64,000 bases of DNA from an uncultured Alphaproteobacteria bacterium (GTDB lineage Bacteria; Pseudomonadota; Alphaproteobacteria; Rhizobiales; Beijerinckiaceae). The notes beneath the pieces were generated by a model that had not been told where the DNA came from, made no database searches, and saw only the letters and a program-made list of their open reading frames with translations. This document shows, piece after piece, positions 23,074-36,257 of this stretch (the stretch's first letter is position 1; each line of letters opens with the position of its first letter). Position numbers and translations under genes: made by a program. The DNA is taken from positions 44,906 through 108,905 of the forward strand of contig CAWHTU010000008.1 of NCBI GenBank assembly GCA_963832305.1, given 5' to 3'.

Positions 23074-24285
23074 ATGCCCAAGATCAAGGTGAGCAATCCG
23101 GTTGTCGAACTCGACGGCGACGAGATGACGCGCATCATCTGGCATCTCATCCGCGACAAGCTGATCCACCCCTATCTCGACATCGACCTCAAGTATTTCG
23201 ACCTCGCGGTCGAGAATCGCGACGCGACCAACGATCAGGTCACCATCGACGCCGCGGAGGCGATCAAGGTCTATGGCGTCGGCGTCAAATGCGCGACCAT
23301 CACGCCCGACGAGGCGCGGGTCAAAGAGTTCCATCTCAAGGAGATGTGGAAGAGCCCCAACGGCACGATCCGCAACATCCTGGGCGGGGTCATCTTCCGC
23401 GAGCCGATCATCTGCAAGAACGTGCCGCGGCTCGTGCCAAGCTGGACCCAGCCGATCGTCATCGGCCGCCACGCCTATGGCGACCAGTATCGCGCGACCG
23501 ATTTCAAGGTCCCGGGCAAGGGCCGGCTCACCCTCCGCTTCGAGGGCGACGACGGCAAGGTGATCGAGCGGGAAGTGTTCAAGTTCCCGGGCGGCGGGGT
23601 GGCGATGTCGATGTACAATCTCGACAACTCGATCCGCGACTTCGCTCATGCGTCGCTGAATTTCGGCCTCATGCGCAAGTATCCGGTCTATCTCTCGACC
23701 AAGAACACGATTCTGAAAGCCTATGACGGGCGCTTCAAGGACATCTTCCAGGAGGTCTACGAGGCCGAGTTCAAGAGCCGGTTCCAGGCGCTCGGCATCA
23801 CTTACGAGCATCGCCTGATCGACGACATGGTCGCCGCGGCGCTGAAATGGTCGGGCGGCTACGTGTGGGCGTGCAAGAACTACGACGGCGACGTGCAGTC
23901 GGACACGGTCGCGCAAGGCTTCGGCTCGCTCGGCCTCATGACCAGCGTGCTCATGACGCCCGACGGGCGGACCGTCGAGGCCGAGGCGGCGCACGGAACC
24001 GTCACCCGCCACTACCGCGAACATGAGAAGGGCCGCCAGACCTCGACCAATTCGATCGCCTCGATCTTCGCCTGGACCCGCGGCCTCGCCCACCGAGCCA
24101 AGCTCGACGACAATCAGGCGCTCGCCAAATTCGCCTCGACGCTCGAGCGGGTATGCGTCGAAACGGTCGAAGCGGGCTCGATGACCAAGGACCTCGCGCT
24201 CCTGGTCGGCCCGGAGCAAAAGTGGCTTTCGACCGAGGGGTTTCTCGACAAGATCGACGAGAATCTGAAGAAGGCGATGGCGTAG
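23074..24285 (+). CDS. icd: NADP-dependent isocitrate dehydrogenase
   Basis: [43 protein letters not shown]. Upstream TTGCCC-N16-TATAGG promoter-like motif. Confidence 0.97.
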   Translation: MPKIKVSNPVVELDGDEMTRIIWHLIRDKLIHPYLDIDLKYFDLAVENRDATNDQVTIDAAEAIKVYGVGVKCATITPDEARVKEFHLKEMWKSPNGTIRNILGGVIFREPIICKNVPRLVPSWTQPIVIGRHAYGDQYRATDFKVPGKGRLTLRFEGDDGKVIEREVFKFPGGGVAMSMYNLDNSIRDFAHASLNFGLMRKYPVYLSTKNTILKAYDGRFKDIFQEVYEAEFKSRFQALGITYEHRLIDDMVAAALKWSGGYVWACKNYDGDVQSDTVAQGFGSLGLMTSVLMTPDGRTVEAEAAHGTVTRHYREHEKGRQTSTNSIASIFAWTRGLAHRAKLDDNQALAKFASTLERVCVETVEAGSMTKDLALLVGPEQKWLSTEGFLDKIDENLKKAMA

Positions 24286-24335
24286 CGGGTCCCCGCCCAG
24301 CGAAGACCAAGATTACGCGATGGTGACGCGGACGC

Positions 24336-27005
<2,670 letters not shown>

Positions 27006-27485
27006 CTACGCATATCGCCTGGGCCGGATGCGGCCTGACGCGCGTTCTAGAGCAAGGTCGCCAAAAGCGCCAACGGGAAACAAGCACTATCGGCTCGGGC
27101 CGCCCGCATTTGCGTCGGGAGCATGGGACCGCGGCGCCTGCGCCCGCCCACGCAAGGGAAGGCCAGCGGGCATCGGCGGAGGAGGAAGAAAAGGGATTGC
27201 CGGCCTATGCGCTTATGCGGACGGGCGCTCTTTTGAGGGGTCGAGAGGCGGGGCCCTCGCGGGCGCCCTTTGCCCGCCGAGAGAAACGGACCTCATTCGA
27301 CTCCCTTCCGGTAGGAAGATAGGGCTTAAGGCTATGGGCTTGGGCATCACTCCGAGCGGCGGCGCAAGAGCGGAGGGAGGTACCCGCTCTCGCGCCGCCC
27401 CGGACGCGCAAATGCCAGACGCCTTCCTGGCGGATGGACCCGCGCCAAAGGCGGGGGACGCTAGGCGGGCCCAAAGGAAAGCGGG

Positions 27486-28566
<1,081 letters not shown>

Positions 28567-28644
28567 AACCATCGTCCTTCTCTCACGGGCAGCGTCCGAT
28601 CCGCAATCGCGGTTTTGCGCGCCCCCCACTGGTGCCGCGACTAT

Positions 28645-28659
28645 GTACATGATTTGTTC
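28645..28659 (-). promoter_or_regulatory. Intact proximal LexA (SOS) box of recA
   Basis: Minus strand GAAC-AAATCAT-GTAC (GAAC-N7-GTAC), lying between a putative -35 TTGCGC and -10 TACATA. Confidence 0.8.
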
Positions 28660-28669
28660 TCGGGCGCAA

Positions 28670-28684
28670 GTTCTATTTTTGTCC
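28670..28684 (-). promoter_or_regulatory. Distal LexA box of recA, split by the IS insertion
   Basis: Now GTTC-N7-GTCC on the plus strand. Removing the IS and one TSD restores GTTC-TATTTTT-GTTC. Confidence 0.75.
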
Positions 28685-28732
28685 GCATTATGCACCTCGC
28701 AAACCGGACAGAATATGATGGTGTACGGTAAG

Positions 28733-29503
28733 TTAGAATGGTTCTCCGACGAGAATTCGCTTGGTGTCGGACTCTATGCCGGTAAGGAAGGATTCGACTA
28801 CTACAGAGAGATAATCGATCGCCTCAATGACCGGTTTCCCCCGGAGTCCATCAATGTCGCCGAACGATATATGAAAGGCGACATTGAGATCGTAGCGAGG
28901 CTCAACATTATCGACTGTGTTACTGATTACGATCTCGTTTTTTACCGGGTCCCAATATGGTCTAAGGATCGGCCCGTGTCCGGGGAGTTCGAGGGTATTA
29001 ACGTCGATGTTATCGACGGACGCGCCAAAGCCAACAAGCGATCGATGCTTGTTACTGTTGGTGAGGTTTTTAATGGCCCAGAGCCTCTCATTCCCTCCCT
29101 TGTACGGCTGGAAAAATCCCATAACACCGAGAACCCGAGGGTGGACTTTCGTGGCCAGCCGGGAGATGGATTTTTCAAAATGAGACCGGGAGTCTCCAAA
29201 GACGAAATACACTTGGTCCAAGCTAGTGTCGGGAGTAAGGGCCGACACCGTGGCACACACCCCTTGATCCAAAGCGCCCCTCAAATTGTTGAGGGCATCG
29301 GCGGCGATAGGCCAAAGATTGGGGGGCAATTCGGCGGACAGCCTAACCTTTCTGGAATAGCGGCCGGTGTTCGGGTCGCGGTCTGTGAACTGGGTGTATG
29401 TATGGTTGTCGAAAAAGTCCTTTGCTCGTGTATTAAGTTCCTCTCGGTTTTCCCGAGCGCGATTCAGAAGCAGAAACGGACTGTCGAAGGGATCGAGATG
29501 CAT
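28733..29503 (-). CDS. IS passenger hypothetical protein (256 aa), possible HEPN-like fold
   Basis: Long open frame at about 52% GC (one 60-nt line counted). Motifs [11 protein letters not shown] and YKGGNERLW...TNSNKHR. Start uncertain (ORF extends to 29584). Confidence 0.65.
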   Translation of the reverse strand: MHLDPFDSPFLLLNRARENREELNTRAKDFFDNHTYTQFTDRDPNTGRYSRKVRLSAELPPNLWPIAADALNNLRGALDQGVCATVSALTPDTSLDQVYFVFGDSRSHFEKSISRLATKVHPRVLGVMGFFQPYKGGNERLWAIKNLTNSNKHRSLVGFGASVDNIDVNTLELPGHGPILRPYWDPVKNEIVISNTVDNVEPRYDLNVAFHISFGDIDGLRGKPVIEAIDYLSVVVESFLTGIESDTKRILVGEPF

Positions 29504-29699
29504 GGTCGCCAAGGAGAGCGAGGAATTGAGCGAAGAGGAAATCAAACGCCGCATGAGCGCGGCTGTTCGCCGCGCCCTTGCCACGCCTCATTCCCCAACT
29601 AGCGAGCTGGTTGGAAAAACGGAGCGTGCCAAGGTGCAGCGTGAGAGTCGAGAACTTAAAGGGCGTCGAGCAACGCCAAAAGGCGACGAAGATTCTTAA
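29502..29699 (+). CDS. Small charged helical protein inside the IS (65 aa)
   Basis: [30 protein letters not shown]... with RBS-like GAAGGGA. Its stop overlaps the transposase stop in TTAA. Confidence 0.45.
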   Translation: MVAKESEELSEEEIKRRMSAAVRRALATPHSPTSELVGKTERAKVQRESRELKGRRATPKGDEDS

Positions 29700-30655
29700 G
29701 CGCTCGGTTGTTGCGTTCTCGGGTTACGAGGACTGCGGTATATAAGGCGCTTACCGCGGGCTCCCTTGGCCGCGAGTATCGCCCGCTCCGTGTCCTCGAC
29801 GCCAAGTTTTGAGCGGTTTGAAAAGCGGAAATCGAACTCAGAAAGGTAGCGGTGCAAGTGCTGCTCGCCACAGTGCTGGTAGACGCCGACCATGCCGCGT
29901 TTGAAGATTGAGAAATAGCCTTCAACCGTGTTCGTGGTCGTTTCGCCGCGCGCATATTCGCCCGAGCCGTGGTTGACTGCTTCGTGGGCCGCAAACGCGT
30001 TGCCGGGCTGCTTGTAGAACTGCGCCTCGTCCGTGTTGAGTGTCGAATCTAGTACGACGTGCGCGCCCAGAACCTTCTTGATCGTCGGGATCGTCAAGTC
30101 CTCGACCTTGACGGAGACGGCGCGACCACCGCGCTCAACCATCGTGAGAACCTTGCGCTTGGTCCCGGTACCGCGTTGGCCCTGCCAGCCCTTGCCAGAC
30201 ACAAACACGTCTTCGGGCTTGCCGATATAGGTCTCGTCAACCTCGACCGTCTTGCCCTTACCGCCTAGCGGCTCGGGGTCGCGATCCGCCATCGCCTCGC
30301 GAACGCGGTGCGCCAAAAACCAAGCGGTGCGATAGGAGCCGAGCCCGAGTTCACGCATGAGCTGGTGAGCGGATACGCCTTTCTTTGACCCAGCCATAAG
30401 GCGGAAGGCAAGCGCCCACTTGTGCAATGGGACGTGCGAGGACTCCATGACGGTTCCGACCGTCACTGAGAACTGCCCATCGCACGCACGGCACTTGTAG
30501 ACGCCTGCGCGATGAGCTTCGCCCTTTAGGGCTGTCGCCTCGTTCACAACGCCGCAATGCGGGCAGACTGGACCGTTCGGCCAATGCAGCGCTTCGAAAT
30601 AGGCGCGGGCCGCGTCCTCATTATGGAAAATCTGGTCAGTGAGATTGATAGACAT
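29696..30655 (-). CDS. IS1595-family (ISXO2-like) DDE transposase with N-terminal zinc ribbon
   Basis: WPNGPVCPHCG...YKCRACD, VEVDETYIG, LNTDE, VNH, TTNTVEGYFS, YLSEFDFRFS. Confidence 0.95.
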   Translation of the reverse strand: MSINLTDQIFHNEDAARAYFEALHWPNGPVCPHCGVVNEATALKGEAHRAGVYKCRACDGQFSVTVGTVMESSHVPLHKWALAFRLMAGSKKGVSAHQLMRELGLGSYRTAWFLAHRVREAMADRDPEPLGGKGKTVEVDETYIGKPEDVFVSGKGWQGQRGTGTKRKVLTMVERGGRAVSVKVEDLTIPTIKKVLGAHVVLDSTLNTDEAQFYKQPGNAFAAHEAVNHGSGEYARGETTTNTVEGYFSIFKRGMVGVYQHCGEQHLHRYLSEFDFRFSNRSKLGVEDTERAILAAKGARGKRLIYRSPRNPRTQQPSA

Positions 30656-30672
30656 GGGCGGTTCCGTGAAGA

Positions 30673-30897
30673 TTACTTTGGATTGTGTCCCGGAGACGGA
30701 GGATGAATTCCAGTTTGTTGTGAGGGGGATGCGTCATTTATTTTTCTGCCCAGTCTCCGAAACTCAGACAGGGGAATCTCAACAATCCATTCCTCAGTTT
30801 CATTCTCGATCTTTACGTATCCACAATCTGGCCTTTCGCCGTTCAAATAGCCGGTCGCAGACTGACCATATACAAAATGTTGCTTTCGAATCTTCAC
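30673..30897 (-). CDS. IS passenger hypothetical protein (74 aa) upstream of the transposase
   Basis: GTG start with RBS GGAGG. An inward promoter-like TTGACA-N18-TAGTGT begins in the right TIR. Confidence 0.55.
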   Translation of the reverse strand: MKIRKQHFVYGQSATGYLNGERPDCGYVKIENETEEWIVEIPLSEFRRLGRKINDASPSQQTGIHPPSPGHNPK

Positions 30898-31165
30898 TGG
30901 ACGCCTCCAAGGGTAGGAACACTACCCGAACGTCTGGCGGTTTGTCAAGTGCATAATGCCCATTTTTGTTCCACGACTTGATTTGTCGGCATCAAAGTTA
31001 AGGGCTTCAATTTCTCGCATTTACGGACTCGCCGGAGCGCCTCCGAGTCTGGGTCGCCATGGGCGCGCCGACGTGACGCTTCGTGATTCCTCGCCGATCG
31101 TCTCCGGCTCCGCGCTTTCCGCTCCGCTTCATGCTAGATGAGCGCGTTCTGAAAGTGGACCCGTC

Positions 31166-31588
31166 ATGATTTGGGGAACGTTCGCGCTTATCTTCGCTAC
31201 CGCCTTCACCGGCGCCTCGTTCTACGTCAACTGGGTCGAGCAGCCTGCGCGGCTCAAGCTCGAGGATGACGCGCTGCTCAGCGAATGGGGGCCAAGCGAC
31301 AGCCGGGGGATCGCGCTTCTCGCGGCTTATGCGCTCCTGGCGGCGATCGCCGGCTTCTTCGCCTATTTCGAATCGCAGGACGTGCGGTGGGCGTTCGGCG
31401 CGCTGGTCATCATCCTGAGCTGGCCCTACGCGTTTTTTCTCATGACGCCGCTTGACAACCAGATCCGGGGGCTGCGCGGCTCCGACGTCGCCGCGGCGCG
31501 GGCTCTCGTTCGCCAATGGGGCCTCGTCGAATCCGGCCTTACGGGACTCGGGCTGGCGGCGGTTGCCCTGTTCGCATGGGTGATTTGA
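31166..31588 (+). CDS. DUF1772-like (anthrone oxygenase family) membrane protein
   Basis: Four hydrophobic segments, GASFYVNWVEQPAR, W-P-S, C-terminal W...R..LG pattern. Confidence 0.65.
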   Translation: MIWGTFALIFATAFTGASFYVNWVEQPARLKLEDDALLSEWGPSDSRGIALLAAYALLAAIAGFFAYFESQDVRWAFGALVIILSWPYAFFLMTPLDNQIRGLRGSDVAAARALVRQWGLVESGLTGLGLAAVALFAWVI

Positions 31589-31659
31589 GCGGCGGCGCTG
31601 ATGTCCCCTCTCCTCTCGCCGCCCGAGCAGCATCGATCGATCCGAGACGAGCCTCGAAC

Positions 31660-32457
31660 ATGACCGGTCGAGATCCGTCGCGCCGCTTTGCTCCCGCCGC
31701 GCGCGACATCGGCGACGCGCTTGGCTTTTTCACGCGCATGCCCGTCAGCGCCAGCGCGCCGCTCGATATCAACCGCCTCGCTTGGGCGACGCCACTCGCA
31801 GGCACCGCAGTCGGTCTTGTCGGCGCGCTGGCGCTGGCGCTGACCGGGCTCATCGGCCTGCCGCATCTCATTCGCGCCAGCCTGGCGACAGCCGTCCTCG
31901 TCGCCGCGACCGGCGCTCTGCACGAGGATGGTCTCGCCGACGTGGCCGACGGCTTCGGCGGCGGGGCCACGCGGGCGATGAAGCTCGACATCATGCACGA
32001 CAGCCGCATCGGCGCCTATGGCGCCATCGCGCTGACGCTCGCCCTCATCCTGCGCGTCGGCGCGCTCACCGCGGCGCTCGACGACGGCTTCTGGCGCGCC
32101 TCTGCGAGCCTGATAGCCGCCGCCGCGCTCTCGCGCGCCGGCGCGCTGACGCCGCTCGCATTCCTTGGCTCCGCGCGCGCCGACGGCGCAGGCGCCGCGG
32201 CTGGCCGCCTCGAGCCCGACGCGCTCGCCGCCGCGTGGGGCTTGGCGTTGGTGATCGCTCTCGCGCTCGGCCTCATTTCGCTCGGACTGGCGCACGCCGT
32301 CGTTGCGGCATTGGCGAGCGGCGCAGGCGCCTGGGTCGTTGTCGCGCTGGCCCGGCGCGCGATCGGCGGCCAGACCGGCGACGTCGCCGGAGCGGCGCAG
32401 CAATTGTCCGAGATCGCGGCGTGGTGCGGCCTTCTCATCGGCCACGCGGCCCCCTAA
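31660..32457 (+). CDS. cobS: Adenosylcobinamide-GDP ribazoletransferase (cobalamin synthase)
   Basis: GFFTRMP, TGALHEDGLADVADGFGGG, IMHDSRIGAYG, GGQTGDVAGA. Confidence 0.93.
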   Translation: MTGRDPSRRFAPAARDIGDALGFFTRMPVSASAPLDINRLAWATPLAGTAVGLVGALALALTGLIGLPHLIRASLATAVLVAATGALHEDGLADVADGFGGGATRAMKLDIMHDSRIGAYGAIALTLALILRVGALTAALDDGFWRASASLIAAAALSRAGALTPLAFLGSARADGAGAAAGRLEPDALAAAWGLALVIALALGLISLGLAHAVVAALASGAGAWVVVALARRAIGGQTGDVAGAAQQLSEIAAWCGLLIGHAAP

Positions 32458-32466
32458 GTGAGGGCC

Positions 32467-32694
32467 ATGCCGGCCCCTGCTCGATCGACCCCTTGTATCC
32501 AAGTCTGCGTCATCGATCCCCTCTCCGCGTTGTGCATCGGCTGCGGGCGGACGGTTGGGGAAATCGCCGCTTGGACGACGATGAGCGAGGCTGACTGCTT
32601 GGCCGTCATGGCGGAGCTCGGCGAGCGCTTGGCCCAGGCGCGATCGCGCGCAGCGCGCGGCGGCGGTCTTGCGGCGCGCCGCCGGGTCCGCTGA
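32467..32694 (+). CDS. DUF1289 domain protein
   Basis: STPCIQVC...LCIGCGRT..EI..W Cys pattern. Confidence 0.85.
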   Translation: MPAPARSTPCIQVCVIDPLSALCIGCGRTVGEIAAWTTMSEADCLAVMAELGERLAQARSRAARGGGLAARRRVR

Positions 32695-33389
32695 TGCGCT
32701 TCATTCTCCCCGTTGCGATTCTGGCGGCGGCGCTGGCTGCGCTGCTCATGGCCCCGCCGCAGTCGACCCTGCTCGGGCTCGACCATCAAAGCTTCGCCAG
32801 CGCTGCGATCGGCGCGGCCGTGTTGTCGTGGCTACTCCTTTCGGGCCTGCGTTCGGCGCAGCCGAGCGACGTCGCCCGCATCGCGAGCGCGGCCGCGATC
32901 TGGGTGGCGCTCTTGCTCGCGCTGACCGGCGTCTACGCCTATCGCTACGAGGCTTCCGACATCGCCGGGCGCATTGCCGGCGAGCTTTTTCCGTCCGAGC
33001 CCGAGGTCGGCAGCGGCGGCGAAGTGATCGTCAACCAGCGGCTCGGCGGCGAATTCGCGATTGCCGGGCGGGTCAACGGCGCGCGCGTGATCTTCCTGTT
33101 CGACACTGGCGCTTCCGCCGTGGTGCTCACCGCCGCCGACGCGCGGCGCGCCGGGATCAACACCGCCGGACTTGAATATGACGCGCCGGTCTCGACCGCC
33201 AACGGAGCGGCGCTGGCCGCCGAGGTCCGTCTCGACCGAGTCGCCGTCGGGCCGATCGTGATGCGCAATGTCGCGGCCCTGGTCGCCCGCCCCGGGGCGC
33301 TGGACGAGAGCCTGCTCGGCATGAGCTTTCTCGGCAGGCTCAAGAGCTACGCGGTCGAGCGCGGGCGGCTCGTACTGACGGCCCGATGA
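32694..33389 (+). CDS. TIGR02281-family clan AA aspartic protease
   Basis: N-terminal TM helices, FLFDTGAS catalytic motif, STANG, SLLGMSFL. Confidence 0.9.
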   Translation: MRFILPVAILAAALAALLMAPPQSTLLGLDHQSFASAAIGAAVLSWLLLSGLRSAQPSDVARIASAAAIWVALLLALTGVYAYRYEASDIAGRIAGELFPSEPEVGSGGEVIVNQRLGGEFAIAGRVNGARVIFLFDTGASAVVLTAADARRAGINTAGLEYDAPVSTANGAALAAEVRLDRVAVGPIVMRNVAALVARPGALDESLLGMSFLGRLKSYAVERGRLVLTAR

Positions 33390-33457
33390 CGCAAAGAGGG
33401 GGATGTGCGTCGCCCCCGCCATCGTCCCTATGTATCGAGGCATCATCTAAAGGCGGC

Positions 33458-34225
33458 TTAGCCGCCACCCTCAAGGACGAAGCGTCGGTCCAGCGGCTGG
33501 ATTGGCCGTGCGTCCATTGGAAACACCGCGCCGTAGCGCTCAATCTGCTCCGGCGATGCTTCGATCGACGCGCGGAACACCACCCAATTCACTGTCTCCG
33601 GGCAAGGCGGGGTGGTCACGGAGCCCTCGTACTCGAAGTACGACGGGTCTGCCGGAAACAGGGTCCTTGGGTCGACGGTGACGCCGGCAACCGCAATATC
33701 CGGCCCCGGCTGCGATTCCATCGCCGCCACGACCGCCCCGAGCGCCGGGTTAGCCGCGCCGCGCGTGATGAACACGCCAAGCGCACATAACGACCCGTCG
33801 GCCGACTTGTTCACAAAATGTGCCTCCATGTCGAAGCGCTCGCCGTCGAGCAAATGCTCGCTCGGATGATGGAAGTGAAACTGCAGCAGCTGATAATTGA
33901 CGCCGGCCAGGTTCACCTGGTTGCCGGGCGGCACATTGATTTGGATGTAGTGCCCTGTGTTCCAGACGCGCAGCGGCACTTTTTGGTAATCAATGCCGAT
34001 AGGCCTCAATGAGGCTTTGACCGCGCCGGTTAGATTGATTGGCGATTGTTGCGTTCCGATCTCGCAAGTGCGGAAATCGGCTTCCAGATCGCCCCAATGC
34101 TCGGGTCCGCTCGCCCCTTCGTAGCCCCAATGCGGCGCGTCGGCGGCGAAGGCTCTGGCGCAGAGCGGGCAGGCAAGCGCGGCGGCGAGACCGAACATAC
34201 TACGGCGCGTCAGCGGAGTGGACAT
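33458..34225 (-). CDS. Alpha-class carbonic anhydrase with Tat-like signal
   Basis: TRRSMF signal, HWGYEG, QQSPI, QFHFHHPSEH, EAHFV, GSVTTPPC.E, RPIQPL. Confidence 0.92.
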   Translation of the reverse strand: MSTPLTRRSMFGLAAALACPLCARAFAADAPHWGYEGASGPEHWGDLEADFRTCEIGTQQSPINLTGAVKASLRPIGIDYQKVPLRVWNTGHYIQINVPPGNQVNLAGVNYQLLQFHFHHPSEHLLDGERFDMEAHFVNKSADGSLCALGVFITRGAANPALGAVVAAMESQPGPDIAVAGVTVDPRTLFPADPSYFEYEGSVTTPPCPETVNWVVFRASIEASPEQIERYGAVFPMDARPIQPLDRRFVLEGGG

Positions 34226-34936
34226 CGCTCGCCCTCCTCGATTAGCCCAACGGTTGCAGCCGCCGGGGATACAAGCGCCTTTGACAAATGCCGAAATTTC
34301 GACGGAACTGCGGCCACGCCATGGGCGGCCACGCGCAACTCTTTGGTGGCTTTTATTCCTCTGCAGACGCGCGTCTAGGGCCTTATGGTGGATTCACGCT
34401 GGATAGCATCCGCGATCCGCTCATAGAGATCCACTAAATCCCCGTCTCTTGTCCGCGTGTTGTCATGTCGTCATGTCCATATTGCGCCATGCTCGCAAGG
34501 AAGTTGTCGTTGCTCAACGGCCCTAGCGGGTATCTCCGCCGACATAGCGCCGCGGCTCGGAAAGGCCCAGTTGGAGCACCGCCGAGTCGTCCCTGCGCAA
34601 CCAGCTGACGTATGACCGCTAGTGCGGCCAACGGCTCGCCGGCCGCCCTGTCTACTCCCAACGCGGGCGACGTGCTGGCCGCTGCATCAGCATCAGGCGC
34701 GCAAACCGCGGATCGGGCTCGTCCCCGAACCTAGAACCAGATATTGGGTCGCCGGTGGAACACCGTCGGAGAATGTCCGCTCTTTGCGCCTTCCGGCCGT
34801 ACGTCGTGCCGGCCTCGAATGATCGCTACCCCCCATTCCTGCCGTCCTGCGAAAGGTTACAACGCGCCAGGCTGGCCGTCTTCTGACGCCAATTGAGTTT
34901 TGACCCGGCATGGTGGTGGGCGCGCTGCCGCAGCTG

Positions 34937-35968
34937 CTACTCGGCCGCCTGTAGGCGTTCGAAAGACGAGCGTCCTTCTGGACGCCCTGCGGCGGGGGCA
35001 AAGCTTCGATCCACCCAGGCGACGGCCCGGCGCAGCACATCGAGCCCGGCGCCGGTCCGCACTCCTTCGCTCGCCAGCGTCCGCCGATAAGCCCGCGCCC
35101 CTGCCCGGCCAGCGAACAGGCCGTGGAGATGCCGGGTGTAGTCGTGCAAGCGCTCGCCCCGCTCAAGCCCGCGCGCGATCGCGGGCATGAAGGCTTCAAT
35201 CACCTCGAACGCGTCGGCGGCCGGCGCCTCTTCGCCGAACAGCTCAGGATCGACGCCGATCAGGATCTCGGGCGTCTGATAGGCGGCGCGCCCAACCATA
35301 ACCCCGTCGACATGCCGAAGCTCGGCGCGCGCCGATGTGAGATCGGCGACGCCGCCGTTGAGGATGATCGGCCAGTCGGGATGGGCGCGCTTCAACGCAT
35401 GCACCAGCGGATAGTCGAGCGGCGGAATCGTACGGTTATCCTTGGGGCTCAACCCGTCGAGCCAGGCTTTGCGCGCGTGGACGATGAGCGCCGCCGCGCC
35501 GGCCGACTTCACCGCTTCGGCGAAGGCGCCGAGCGCCTCTCGCGACTCCTGCTCATCGACGCCGATGCGACATTTCACGGTCACCGGAACGTCGGCCGCC
35601 GCGGCCATCGCCGCGACGCAGTCGGCGACCAGCCTCGGCTCGCGCATTAGGCAGGCCCCGAACCGGCCGCTTTGCACCCGGTCGGACGGGCAGCCGCAAT
35701 TGAGATTGATTTCGTCATAGCCGAACCCAGCCCCGATCCGAGCCGCCTCGGCGAGACGCGCAGGATTTGCGCCGCCAAGCTGGAGCGCGACCGGATGCTC
35801 GCTGGGCTCGAAGCCGATCAGGCGCTCGCACGGCCCGAACACGACCGCGTCCGCCGTCACCATCTCGGTGTAGAGCCGCGCCCGGCGCGTGAGGAGGCGA
35901 TGGAACGCCCGGCAGCGCCGGTCGGTCCAGTCCATCATAGGAGCCACGGAAAATCTAAAGTCTTGAAT
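34937..35968 (-). CDS. dusA: tRNA-dihydrouridine(20/20a) synthase
   Basis: FSVAPMMDW, LYTEMV, QLGG, INLNCGCPS, VTVKCRIG, VHARKA, GVMVGRAAY. Start uncertain (ATT at 35968 or a GTG further upstream). Confidence 0.93.
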   Translation of the reverse strand: MQDFRFSVAPMMDWTDRRCRAFHRLLTRRARLYTEMVTADAVVFGPCERLIGFEPSEHPVALQLGGANPARLAEAARIGAGFGYDEINLNCGCPSDRVQSGRFGACLMREPRLVADCVAAMAAAADVPVTVKCRIGVDEQESREALGAFAEAVKSAGAAALIVHARKAWLDGLSPKDNRTIPPLDYPLVHALKRAHPDWPIILNGGVADLTSARAELRHVDGVMVGRAAYQTPEILIGVDPELFGEEAPAADAFEVIEAFMPAIARGLERGERLHDYTRHLHGLFAGRAGARAYRRTLASEGVRTGAGLDVLRRAVAWVDRSFAPAAGRPEGRSSFERLQAAE

Positions 35969-36257
35969 CGGAGCCCCTTTTCTGCGGTCCCAACTCGTTC
36001 GGCCGGGCCGTGCGCACTCTTTCCAGCGCCGCGACGCCACGTCAAGGAGACGTTTCTTCGGCGCGATGATCAAACAACTCCCTCCGGCTCGGACTGATCG
36101 AGCGGCGGGCGTCCGAGGAGGACGGCAGGCGCGCATAGTCGCAGGCTCGAAAGATCGTCGGCGACGCGAGGCCGCAATTTATGGAATTGTCGCGGACGAT
36201 CGCCAAAGCGCTCGGATGACGCGCGCGGCGAGCGTCAGCGCCCGGAGAGACAAACGG

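Larger units (their letters stand above)
28683..30961 (-). mobile_element. Complete IS1595-family element with passenger genes (2,279 bp)
   Basis: TIRs CCGCATTATGCACCTCGCAAACCG and revcomp GGGCATTATGCACTTGACAAACCG (19/24 identical). 8-bp TSD ATTTTTGT at 28675-28682 and 30962-30969. Internal DDE transposase. Lower GC than the flanks. Confidence 0.93.

Noticed and set aside
30978-30996. TTGAT...ATCAA resembling an FNR/FixK box
   Set aside because: The spacer is 8 nt, not the required 4.
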